DNA of 48,428 bases. Origin: a virus. Lineage: Duplodnaviria > Heunggongvirae > Uroviricota > Caudoviricetes. The notes below the pieces were generated by a model that ran no database searches, had not been told where the DNA came from, and saw only the letters and a list, made by a program, of their open reading frames with translations. A program made the translations under genes and the position numbers. Location: IMG/VR virus record IMGVR_UViG_3300045988_145381; one strand, given 5' to 3'. Positions 1 through 8,874 of this stretch are shown here, one piece after another (within the stretch, counting starts at the first letter, position 1; each line of letters starts with the position of its first letter).

Positions 1-128
1 GTTGACACCCTCGCATAACCATATTGCATACTTTCTAAACCGCGATTGTTGCTAAAAGCGGGAAAAAATATCGTTCAGACGACACAGAGGCAATTCGCAA
101 AAACCTCGGTTTACAGGAAACGGTAAAT
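1..128. repeat. 128-bp sequence identical to 48301..48428 (circular contig overlap)
   Basis: First 128 nt of the window recur exactly at the 3' end; the boundary coincides with the invertase crossover site. Confidence 0.9.
103..127. promoter_or_regulatory. DNA-invertase crossover site, left inverted repeat (gix/cix-like)
   Basis: acctcggtttacaggaaacggtaaa is the perfect reverse complement of 3155..3179; it lies about 75 bp upstream of the invertase start (wrap-around). Confidence 0.75.
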
Positions 129-1064
129 CAGGCTTCTGGCGCATTACAGAAAAACCAGAACGGCGCAGATATTCCGGGAAAAGATACCTTCACCAAAAAT
201 ATTGGGGCCTGCCGCGCATATAGCGCATGGCTGGATATTGGTGGCGATAGTCAGGTCTGGACAACCGCGCAATTTATTTCGTGGCTGGAGAGTCAGGGAG
301 CATTTAACCATCCTTACTGGATGTGCAAAGGCTCATGGGCTTATGCAAATAATAAGGTCATTACAGATACAGGTTGCGGAAATATTTGTCTTGCAGGTGC
401 TGTGGTGGAAGTTATTGGCACTCGCGGCGCAATGACCATACGCGTTACCACGCCGAGCACGTCCAGCGGTGGAGGAATTACTAACGCTCAATTCACTTAT
501 ATTAATCATGGTGATGCTTACGCTCCTGGCTGGCGACGAGACTACAACACGAAAAATCAACAACCTGCATTTGCTTTAGGGCAAACAGGAAGCACTGTCG
601 GAAATGATAAAGCTGTTGGCTGGAACTGGAATAGCGGGGTCTATAACGCAAATATTGGTGGCGCATCGACATTAATCCTCCACTTCAATATGAATACGGG
701 GAGCTGCCCTGCTGCACAGTTCCGCGTGAATTACAGAAATGGCGGAATCTTTTATCGTTCAGCGCGTGATGGTTATGGCTTTGAAGCTGACTGGTCAGAG
801 TTTTACACCACAACCCGCAAACCCTCTGCGGGAGATGTTGGTGCATATACGCAGGCAGAATGTAACTCAAGGTTTATTACAGGTATTCGCCTTGGCGGTC
901 TGTCATCTGTTCAGACATGGAATGGTCCCGGCTGGTCTGACAGGTCAGGTTATGTCGTTACGGGTTCAGTTAACGGAAACCGTGATGAATTAATTGATAC
1001 AACTCAGGCAAGGCCAATTCAGTATTGCATTAATGGAACGTGGTATAACGCGGGGAGTATTTAA
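104..1064 (+). CDS. silent alternative tail-fibre C-terminal cassette (no own start; fused to the constant part after inversion)
   Basis: Frame is open from 39 to 1064 without an upstream ATG; encodes ...LGLQETVN..., matching residues 454-461 of the expressed 792-aa fibre; C-terminal INGTWYN motif shared with the expressed fibre. Confidence 0.65.
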
Positions 1065-1066
1065 TT

Positions 1067-1600
1067 ATGATGCACTTAAAAAATATTACTGCTGGCAACC
1101 CTAAAACAAAAGAGCAATACCAGCTAACGAAACAATTTAACATCAAATGGCTTTACTCTGAGGACGGAAAAAACTGGTATGAGGAACAAAAGAATTTCCA
1201 GCCAGACACTTTGAAAATGGTCTATGACCATAACGGCGTTATTATTTGTATTGAAAAGGATGTTTCAGCAATTAATCCGGAAGGCGCAAGCGTCGTTGAA
1301 TTACCTGATATTACAGCAAATCGCCGTGCTGACATTTCGGGTAAATGGATGTTCAAAGATGGCGTAGTGGTAAAACGAACTTATACCGAGGAAGAGCAGA
1401 GGCAACAGGCGGAAAATGAAAAGCAAAGCCTGCTACAGCTCGTCAGGGATAAAACCCAGCTATGGGACTCACAGCTACGGCTGGGCATCATTTCCGACGA
1501 GAATAAACAAAAATTAACCGAGTGGATGCTCTATGCGCAGAAAGTCGAATCTACAGACACCTCCAGCCTGCCAGTAACATTTCCCGAACAACCTGAATGA
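1067..1600 (+). CDS. tail fibre assembly chaperone (Tfa), partner of the silent cassette
   Basis: 177-aa ORF directly after the alternative cassette; clear paralog of the 175-aa ORF at 1629..2156 (MMHLKNI.AGN.KT.EQY.LTK...). Confidence 0.7.
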   Translation: MMHLKNITAGNPKTKEQYQLTKQFNIKWLYSEDGKNWYEEQKNFQPDTLKMVYDHNGVIICIEKDVSAINPEGASVVELPDITANRRADISGKWMFKDGVVVKRTYTEEEQRQQAENEKQSLLQLVRDKTQLWDSQLRLGIISDENKQKLTEWMLYAQKVESTDTSSLPVTFPEQPE

Positions 1601-1603
1601 GAC

Positions 1604-1630
1604 AAGGCCCGATAGCGGGCCTTAATTTTT
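1604..1630. terminator. hairpin terminator between convergent tfa genes
   Basis: aaggccc/gggcctt stem followed by a T-run, between the two convergent tfa ORFs. Confidence 0.5.
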
Positions 1631-2156
1631 ATTCAGGCTTTTGTGGCCATTCAGGATTTGCCGTATCCACACGGCTGACCAGAACACTGTAGCGTTCCCA
1701 TGACTCCAGTCGTGCGCGCTCCTCATCCGTCGCCATATTCAGCCTGACAGCGCGTTCCAGTGGCTGAATAACGCTTTCTGCTTCGGAAAGTAACGCGGCC
1801 TTTTGTGATTCGGCCTGTTGTTGCTGTTCGTCAGCCGTATAAATCCGTTTAACCACAGCTCCGTCCTTAAACATCCACTTCCCTGAATCATCGGCACGAC
1901 GATTGGCTGTTATATCGGGAACCTCAACGACGCTAAAGCCTTCAGGGTTAAGCGTAGAGGCATCCTTGGTGATAGCGACAATAATATTATTTTCATCGTA
2001 AACAATCTTTATTGTGTCTGGCTGAAAGTTTTTCACTTCCTCATACCAGTTTTTTCCGTCCTCAGAGTAAAGCCAGATAACTCCGTGTTTCTTTGTTAAT
2101 TCGTACTGCTCAAGTGTTTTAGCGTTACCCGCTTTAATGTTCTTTAAGTGCATCAT
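1629..2156 (-). CDS. tail fibre assembly chaperone (Tfa), expressed orientation
   Basis: 175-aa ORF immediately downstream of the tail fibre gene; paralog of 1067..1600. Confidence 0.75.
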   Translation of the reverse strand: MMHLKNIKAGNAKTLEQYELTKKHGVIWLYSEDGKNWYEEVKNFQPDTIKIVYDENNIIVAITKDASTLNPEGFSVVEVPDITANRRADDSGKWMFKDGAVVKRIYTADEQQQQAESQKAALLSEAESVIQPLERAVRLNMATDEERARLESWERYSVLVSRVDTANPEWPQKPE

Positions 2157-2157
2157 A

Positions 2158-4536
2158 TTAAACGCTCGCTACATTATACCAGGTGCCATTTATATACTTT
2201 TGAACGGGTCTGTAATAAACGCCCGCTATATTATCGGCAGAGTTGGACCCTGTATCCTGAACATTAATACCAGACAATACATGACCTGACGGGCACTGGA
2301 AATTCCATGTTTGCCAGTTGTTCACTCCATAATATTGCTGTGAACCAAGTCGAACATCTTTCACATATCTGGAATCAAAATTGCCATAGTTGCCGGGAAT
2401 AACTTGCGCACCGCAAAGCCAGTTTCCGTTATTATCCATGTACGCCTGACCATCGGTGCCATTGGCTGTCCTTGAATTATTAATCATGTAGATGCCAAAT
2501 TGCTTGTTCCCCAGTCCACCTATCATGAACTTGCGGTCGGCGTGATTCTGGCGAAGCAACGCCTGAGCGCTATCAGTGTTAACTATATTTTTCCCAAAGA
2601 TAGCGTTGTTATCGCGCATCTGAATCCACATACCATTACTGCTGTTAATAGCAAAACGGTCTGAAAGTGTCTCCCCTGAAACATTAAGACCACGCCCCAT
2701 CGAAACAGCGCCAGTAGCGTTATTAATCCATAATGGCCTTAATCCGTTATAAGTCCCCATGTTGTCACCGGAGTTTGTCAACATGAAGTATGTATTTGAA
2801 CCATCATTACGAATAAAGAATCCGTAATTACCATAAGCAATACGTAGGCCGTTTGCTGATTTTGATATGACTTCGCCATTTACAATGGCATTGACAAGAA
2901 CATACAAAGCATCCCATTTAAGATTCATCAGGTCTTTTGTTGTGGTACTTTGTTTGCTTCTCCATTTGAAATATTCATTGCCGTTGTCGCCTGTCTCAAA
3001 CCACATGTATGAATCAGTGTCACCATCGGCATCATTTTTAAATCCAATCTTCGCCCAGTCAGTATTTCGAATCCAGGCAAGGATTGAGTCATTTTCAAAA
3101 GTAAGCCCGCCGGACAAGGTATCGCCTGTCTTTTGAACGGCGTTACCAGCCTTGTTTACCGTTTCCTGTAAACCGAGGTATTCGATAACGGCAGCAACGG
3201 TCGATTTCGCAAGAATATCCCGCCCGACTTTTGTCAGGGTTGCCAGGCTGGCGACATCATTCCCCGTAAAATACGGAAACTTGTCTGCCGCAGTAGCAAG
3301 CCCGGCCAGCGCCGTCAGGGTGGCATCTTTCGGTTGCTTACCCGCAAGCGCGTTAGTCATGGTGGTCGCAAAATTCGGGTCGTTTCCCAGAGCCGCCGCT
3401 AACTCGTTCAGCGTATTCAGTGCGTCAGGTGACGAGTCCACGAGGGCAGCGATCGCAGCCATAACGAAAGCCGTGCTTGCGATTTGGGTATTATTCGTTC
3501 CCTGTCGCGCAGTTGGCGTTGTTGGCGTTCCGGTCAACGCAGGACTGTTTAAGGGCGCTTTCTTGTTCGTTTCATCCATTACCGCCTTGACCGCTTTCGA
3601 TGTCGCGGCCAGTGTTTCAGACGTGCTGTTGGTGGAACTACTGAGCTGAGTTATTCCCCTTACAGTCAGTGAAGCTACAGGCACATTTGTTATCTGCTCC
3701 CACGAATGCGTGTGATTGGACGGAGCCTTTCCGGCCGCAAGATCATACGCTGCCTTAACAGCCTTTGGTGTTGCTGCTAGCGTTTCAGACGTGCTGTTGG
3801 TGGCACTACTGAGCTGAACAATCCCTTTTCGCGCTGTGGTAGCGTCCTGTGCGGTGTATTTGCCATTAGCCAGGTCATATGCTGCCTTAACAGCCTTAGG
3901 CGTCGCAGCAAGCGTTTCAGACGAGCTATTGGTGGCGCTGCTAAGTTGAACAAAGCCTTTTGAGGTTAAAGTTGCATCAGGATGATTACGTGATTGTTCA
4001 TGTTTCACAATGGCTTGCTTAAGCCGCTTTGCTGAAACAGCAAGGGAATCATCTGTACCGTCATCAATTTCTTGTTCATTGGCAAATCTTGCAACCCCAA
4101 CAACAGTTTCGGTTGCGGGAGGATTAATAAACTCAATATCACCAAATGTAATATTTTTAGTATCAAGAGTCTTGATTGCTATGTCACTTGATATTAAAGC
4201 AATAGTAGATGATGCTTTATTTATTATTGCTTGTTCTTGCGAGTATACAGCAAACAACGTTCCCTTATTTGTATACAATCCTATTGTATGGACAACATAC
4301 TCATCTTTACTATCATCCTTCGCCGTTACATGAATTGTATCAGGGGAAACAACTTTGCCACCTATTGTGGTAAGTCGTTTTATTTCGTTTGTTATATTTG
4401 TTTGTGAAGTTGACGTGACATAATATCTACTACCTAAACCAACAGAAACAATCTCAACTTTATTTGTTCCTGTTTTGTTGGCATTAACCAGCTCCTGACG
4501 CCCGGCGTCAGTCATCGTAAATAATAATTTACTCAC
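2158..4536 (-). CDS. tail fibre protein (constant N-terminal part plus currently expressed variable C-terminal part)
   Basis: 792-aa ORF with three tandem ~33-aa repeats (G[IF][27 protein letters not shown]) typical of phage tail-fibre repeats; crossover site inside the ORF; followed by tfa. Confidence 0.85.
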   Translation of the reverse strand: MSKLLFTMTDAGRQELVNANKTGTNKVEIVSVGLGSRYYVTSTSQTNITNEIKRLTTIGGKVVSPDTIHVTAKDDSKDEYVVHTIGLYTNKGTLFAVYSQEQAIINKASSTIALISSDIAIKTLDTKNITFGDIEFINPPATETVVGVARFANEQEIDDGTDDSLAVSAKRLKQAIVKHEQSRNHPDATLTSKGFVQLSSATNSSSETLAATPKAVKAAYDLANGKYTAQDATTARKGIVQLSSATNSTSETLAATPKAVKAAYDLAAGKAPSNHTHSWEQITNVPVASLTVRGITQLSSSTNSTSETLAATSKAVKAVMDETNKKAPLNSPALTGTPTTPTARQGTNNTQIASTAFVMAAIAALVDSSPDALNTLNELAAALGNDPNFATTMTNALAGKQPKDATLTALAGLATAADKFPYFTGNDVASLATLTKVGRDILAKSTVAAVIEYLGLQETVNKAGNAVQKTGDTLSGGLTFENDSILAWIRNTDWAKIGFKNDADGDTDSYMWFETGDNGNEYFKWRSKQSTTTKDLMNLKWDALYVLVNAIVNGEVISKSANGLRIAYGNYGFFIRNDGSNTYFMLTNSGDNMGTYNGLRPLWINNATGAVSMGRGLNVSGETLSDRFAINSSNGMWIQMRDNNAIFGKNIVNTDSAQALLRQNHADRKFMIGGLGNKQFGIYMINNSRTANGTDGQAYMDNNGNWLCGAQVIPGNYGNFDSRYVKDVRLGSQQYYGVNNWQTWNFQCPSGHVLSGINVQDTGSNSADNIAGVYYRPVQKYINGTWYNVASV
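3155..3179. promoter_or_regulatory. DNA-invertase crossover site, right inverted repeat (inside tail fibre ORF)
   Basis: Perfect reverse complement of 103..127; falls at codons ~453-461 of the fibre. Confidence 0.75.
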
Positions 4537-4566
4537 GCTTAATTCCTTGAATTAACAAATTGCGAA

Positions 4567-5148
4567 TTAGCACTCGCCAATTAATCGTACATAAGACACA
4601 GGCTGACAAGCACCAACAATACCGACACCACCAGAAACATTGGCTGCTTGCGAAAATGTAAATAATGTTCTTGCCGACTTTGCGCTCTTGATACTTCTTA
4701 ACGTATCTTCCAACATCTCTTTCGAAGGAACGGCACCATCAAAAGAGTTAATCGAAGCAACAATTGAGGCTGTATATGGTTCGCCAGGTGGTGATGTTTC
4801 AAACCATTCTGTTATGTTTACCTCTCCACCCAAGCTATTTACTACATCTTCAACCGCTGCCCTTGTACCCTTTATTCGCTTTGTTCGTATTATTGATTTA
4901 AAAACAGAACGCTTTAACGATACAGGCCAACTATCCCTCCATGTATCAGCATTCCATTGCCAAGCTAAATGATCGAGAACAACTGAGTCCAGGTTATCAA
5001 CAACGCTATATATTTCTGTCTTATATATTAAATTGTTAATTGCTTGTAGTTCATCATCAATAGCTTTCGACATAGCTATCACGTTGGGATCTCTAGCTAA
5101 GTTAGGAGGTAAAACATCCAACAAGCTAACATTAAAGATATCAGCCAT
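4567..5148 (-). CDS. tail/baseplate protein (P2 gpI / Mu gp48-like)
   Basis: 193-aa ORF between the baseplate J-like gene and the tail fibre, the conserved position in P2/Mu-type tail modules. Confidence 0.5.
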   Translation of the reverse strand: MADIFNVSLLDVLPPNLARDPNVIAMSKAIDDELQAINNLIYKTEIYSVVDNLDSVVLDHLAWQWNADTWRDSWPVSLKRSVFKSIIRTKRIKGTRAAVEDVVNSLGGEVNITEWFETSPPGEPYTASIVASINSFDGAVPSKEMLEDTLRSIKSAKSARTLFTFSQAANVSGGVGIVGACQPVSYVRLIGEC

Positions 5149-6265
5149 CCTCTAACCCCGCATACTGGCAATTTATATTTCTCTCTCTGGCGACCTGCGT
5201 CTCTCCAACTACAGTAAATACAGGACTTGATATTTCTAATCTTTTAGCCCCGGCATTTTTTAAACGTTGAATAATTTCATCTGGATTTATATCTCTTCCC
5301 ATAACCGAACGTTGCCATTGTTTATACTCATCAAGAGCTTTCTCAACCTCACTTTGAATTAACGTTGTTCTGTTTTTGTCCGATGAGTTAATCCAGTATT
5401 TAATTATTATATCGTATTCAATGCTCTCTGGTTTCTTAACAAGAACTTTATCTGTGAATGGTCGAATATTAGTTGCAGAGAGAACGCTATTTATCTGCTC
5501 TAATAGTTCATCAGAAGGTATATCCCCGTTCTCTAACAAAGAACGGATTTCTACAGTTCCGGGCGATGGTGTATATACATTCACATCTTTTATATTCTGA
5601 TTGGCTGTTCTTGTCCAATATTTATAAGAATCCTCCGGCCCTGCTGTAGACAGTTTTTCCGGCGACAGTTTTATTCTTTCAGCATAATTATCATCTGACT
5701 CTGTATCAGCACCAGAATTAGATGTTGTTAGATTCCTTACGCTGGAAACATACGGCAACGGAGTCACCAACTCGTTTATTTGCCCAGGTAAAAATCCATT
5801 CCCCGATAAGCCAGGTATAACAGCATATCCTGAGACTGTACCAACTGTTTTCCCAGCTGGTATTTCCAACAAAACATCTGTTTGGAAAATAACACTATTT
5901 CCAGTTGAAATTTGAGTGCCAGCAGGTATTGTATATATCCCCGATAATTTTGTTGACAGATTAAACTCAAATGTAGTCAAGGCAGATTGAGCTTCCAGCC
6001 TAGGCGTATCCGTCAGATAGCCTATATGGTCGAGATATTCACCCCCACCATATGTAAGAAGGTTTTGTTTTGCAGAAAAATCGATAGCTTTTCTTTGCTG
6101 TATAATAATCTCACACAATGACAAGATGAATAATCTACGTGGATCAGCAGGTGCTAATGTTTCACCTGTTATACTCTCAAAAGCCCTGATTGAACGAGTT
6201 GTTATATCAGTCGGGTTAGAATCTGCGAAAGTAATATCTGGCAAACCACCGCGCGGCAACGTCAT
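5141..6265 (-). CDS. baseplate protein J-like
   Basis: 374-aa ORF, translationally coupled to its neighbours, in the J position of a P2/Mu-type baseplate cluster. Confidence 0.6.
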   Translation of the reverse strand: MTLPRGGLPDITFADSNPTDITTRSIRAFESITGETLAPADPRRLFILSLCEIIIQQRKAIDFSAKQNLLTYGGGEYLDHIGYLTDTPRLEAQSALTTFEFNLSTKLSGIYTIPAGTQISTGNSVIFQTDVLLEIPAGKTVGTVSGYAVIPGLSGNGFLPGQINELVTPLPYVSSVRNLTTSNSGADTESDDNYAERIKLSPEKLSTAGPEDSYKYWTRTANQNIKDVNVYTPSPGTVEIRSLLENGDIPSDELLEQINSVLSATNIRPFTDKVLVKKPESIEYDIIIKYWINSSDKNRTTLIQSEVEKALDEYKQWQRSVMGRDINPDEIIQRLKNAGAKRLEISSPVFTVVGETQVARERNINCQYAGLEDG

Positions 6266-6582
6266 TCTCTAACTCCTATCACAAGTTTTGGCCTAATAAA
6301 ACCATCAGAAACGTCCGTTCTTTCAAAAGTAACAGAATGGATAATCGCTCTAGGCTCAAACTCACTAATTTTTTGAATTATTTCTCGTGTTGCTGTAGCA
6401 ATAAAAATTGGGCTAGGGCTATCAACAAGACTTGAATTAACTCCTAATTTTCTGGCATATGGTACAGTGCCAATCTGAGTATTAATAATAGTAGAGACAT
6501 TTTGCAAAACTTCTTCTACAACTGTTTTGGGCGACCAATCAATCGAGTAAGAAGGTGATGATATGGTAAACGTATTATTCAT
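6262..6582 (-). CDS. baseplate protein (P2 gpW / T4 gp25-like)
   Basis: 106-aa ORF; size and position upstream of J. Confidence 0.5.
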   Translation of the reverse strand: MNNTFTISSPSYSIDWSPKTVVEEVLQNVSTIINTQIGTVPYARKLGVNSSLVDSPSPIFIATATREIIQKISEFEPRAIIHSVTFERTDVSDGFIRPKLVIGVRE

Positions 6583-7046
6583 AATAATTTACCTAACGCA
6601 CTTCTAGTTTTTGACTCTATATTGCCAGCAATATCAACTAATGCTTCTTTCAGAGAGGTCTGTCCGACTTCCTGTAATTTAATGCCGACGATAATCACTC
6701 GTGGATTCCCAGTTGGACCGAAATAAGTCCATGATTCCTCTATATCTGTAATTATAAAATTACCAAAATACTGAATACCAATTACAACAGGATTTACTTC
6801 CTGAATTGATTGCATTGTCCTAAGTAATGAAAGCGCAGCCAATGGAACAATGCCAAGTGTTGTATCCAACCGCATATTAAAACTAACTTCATCCAGATCT
6901 GGACCTATATCCTCCAGAACAGGTTTAAGCCCAATAACATCATGGCGCGCTACACGACGCTTTGACGTCCTTTTAAAATTGTTGAACGTATTCACCACTA
7001 TTGATGAGGCAACAAAAGGCATTGTACCAAGCATACCCACAATCAT
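6579..7046 (-). CDS. putative baseplate-associated protein
   Basis: 155-aa ORF coupled between the V-like and W-like genes; no recognisable motif. Confidence 0.3.
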   Translation of the reverse strand: MIVGMLGTMPFVASSIVVNTFNNFKRTSKRRVARHDVIGLKPVLEDIGPDLDEVSFNMRLDTTLGIVPLAALSLLRTMQSIQEVNPVVIGIQYFGNFIITDIEESWTYFGPTGNPRVIIVGIKLQEVGQTSLKEALVDIAGNIESKTRSALGKLL

Positions 7047-7662
7047 GCCTGAGCCTCCGTTGTCGGAGCGTATTCCCCCTGAGCCGTGTGATGGTGGCCT
7101 TTAGATTTAATCCCATCAACATCTATATCACCACCAACAACCTTAACATCCCCAGAAATTGTAGCTGCAACACCTCCAGCAGAAGATCCTTTCATTCCAC
7201 CTTTGAAGGTTAGTAATCCTTCAACTGTAGCATTTCCGGTAATGATGGTTTCTGGAGCATCAATAGTTACGGTTCCTGTAGCCTTAACGGTTACATCTCC
7301 GACAGCATCAACAAGGAGTAAATTAGATTCTCTGTCTACCTCAATACGAGTTCCGTTATTAAATCTAATGACGCGTTTATTAACAGTATTAGATGGCGGC
7401 TTCTGTGTTTCATCATAAAAACTACCAAGAATAAACCTTGTTGCGGCCCTGCGGGATGAAAGATACACAAAACTTGCTCACCAATATCTGGCATCCAGTA
7501 ATCAGCATTCTTATCCGTATTTTTCACAATAACTGATAACTTTGCCGAAGTGACGTTATCCTGATCATCGAAAGTAACTCTTGCTGTAACATCGCCATCA
7601 TCAATATCAGAAACAACGCCAACTCTTATAGTCTGACGTAATAATGTTTCTAAATCATTCAT
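7043..7662 (-). pseudogene. baseplate assembly protein V-like gene split by a frameshift
   Basis: N-terminal part (ORF 7336..7662, ...IGEQVLCIF...) and C-terminal part (ORF 7043..7468, ...VKATGTVTID...VVGGDIDVDG...) are in different frames; the break maps to a ccc run at 7447..7449. Confidence 0.55.
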
Positions 7663-7664
7663 AA

Positions 7665-8666
7665 TTAATACCCATTAATTACTCTTCGGACATCAATCGA
7701 GGTGGTATAACCACTAGCCCCAATTGAATGCACAGCTTTCGATATAAGATATTTTCCAGAAAATGAACCGAATCCGTCCAGATTTATAGTTACACCAGCT
7801 ACCAATCTGGTGTCTCCAACCAATACTAAAGATCCTGTATTTTGATATCTATTTTTAAGCCGCAAAGCAGCCTTTGCCTTACGTTTTGCTTCATCTAAAT
7901 TAGCTACCAGTTTTCTTATCTTAAGATTCGACCCTTCTTCTACGGATGGATCTACCCAAGTATACGAAAGCGACTTTCTTTTTTTAGGTACGCGATATTT
8001 GCACGTGCAACTTTTATACAAATCTGTAGATTGTGTGCTAAAGCTATATCTGATTATCTCATCAATACCTAACGTAAGCGTAGCGATAGGATCTTTTTGC
8101 TCAAACATCTCTTGAGCAAATATTATTAATTGGCTATCAGTGACCTTTAACGACAACCCTTCATCCTGGCATAGTCGATGGAGAAATTTTAAATCGCTTT
8201 CCTCCATTTGATCTTCACGCGCATAATATGGATTACTATCACCATCAATAAGAAACAACAGTTCAAGGTTAGCTAATTTAGCTATAGAGGTTGCTATATC
8301 TTTAAGAGTTGTTTTTTCCCATGCATTACTTTTTAAATCACGTCTAATGCCTGATGAAACAGGAACAGAAACAGCAGTCACCTCAACAACAGAAGGTGGT
8401 CCAGAGCAAGTTATGCCATCTACCTGGAATTTCCCGCACTCAAGGACGATTTGATTTATAGGCTTAAAGCTCAAATCAATAAAATCACCCTTTTTAGGTG
8501 TCCAGTCTCCAGACCATTTCCCATCATCATTTTTTAATATAATAGAAATATCATCGACCTGACCATCTTCATTATCTGTATAAGACATTGACAAAACATC
8601 AGGTGACATATGAGCGGTAATATTTACATTCTGATATATAACATCAAAAAGCGTTTTACGTAACAC
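7665..8666 (-). CDS. tail protein D-like (late control D family)
   Basis: 333-aa ORF directly downstream of the X-like gene and tape measure, the conserved gpD position. Confidence 0.6.
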   Translation of the reverse strand: MLRKTLFDVIYQNVNITAHMSPDVLSMSYTDNEDGQVDDISIILKNDDGKWSGDWTPKKGDFIDLSFKPINQIVLECGKFQVDGITCSGPPSVVEVTAVSVPVSSGIRRDLKSNAWEKTTLKDIATSIAKLANLELLFLIDGDSNPYYAREDQMEESDLKFLHRLCQDEGLSLKVTDSQLIIFAQEMFEQKDPIATLTLGIDEIIRYSFSTQSTDLYKSCTCKYRVPKKRKSLSYTWVDPSVEEGSNLKIRKLVANLDEAKRKAKAALRLKNRYQNTGSLVLVGDTRLVAGVTINLDGFGSFSGKYLISKAVHSIGASGYTTSIDVRRVINGY

Positions 8667-8874
8667 TATTGCGTCTCCACGGAGGCAAATTGTTTACTGA
8701 TATTGGCATAACCGGAGCATCAGGAACTTTAAGAATAATTCCCGCAGAAAAAAGCACCGTAAAGCGGTGCTCAGTATTAGCATCAATAAGAAGATAAGAC
8801 AGGTACTCATTACCATACAACTTTAACGCGATACTATCCCATGAGTCCCCTTGAACCGTTCTATAATCATCCAA
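8656..8874 (-). CDS. tail protein X-like
   Basis: 72-aa ORF overlapping the end of the tape measure gene, the typical gpX position and size. Confidence 0.5.
   Translation of the reverse strand: MDDYRTVQGDSWDSIALKLYGNEYLSYLLIDANTEHRFTVLFSAGIILKVPDAPVMPISVNNLPPWRRNSVT

Larger units (their letters stand above)
103..3179. other. invertible tail-fibre segment (Mu G / P1 C segment-like)
   Basis: Bounded by 25-bp inverted repeats; holds two divergent tail-fibre C-terminal cassettes, each with its own Tfa chaperone gene; serine invertase adjacent. Confidence 0.75.

Noticed and set aside
202-563. ORFs 202..435 (+) and 333..563 (-) overlapping the silent tail-fibre cassette
   Set aside because: Out of frame or antisense to the long open frame (39..1064) that encodes a clear tail-fibre C-terminus.
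2867-4333. Plus-strand ORFs (89, 165, 107 aa) inside the tail fibre gene
   Set aside because: They lie antisense within a well-supported 792-aa gene and have low-complexity, junk-like translations.
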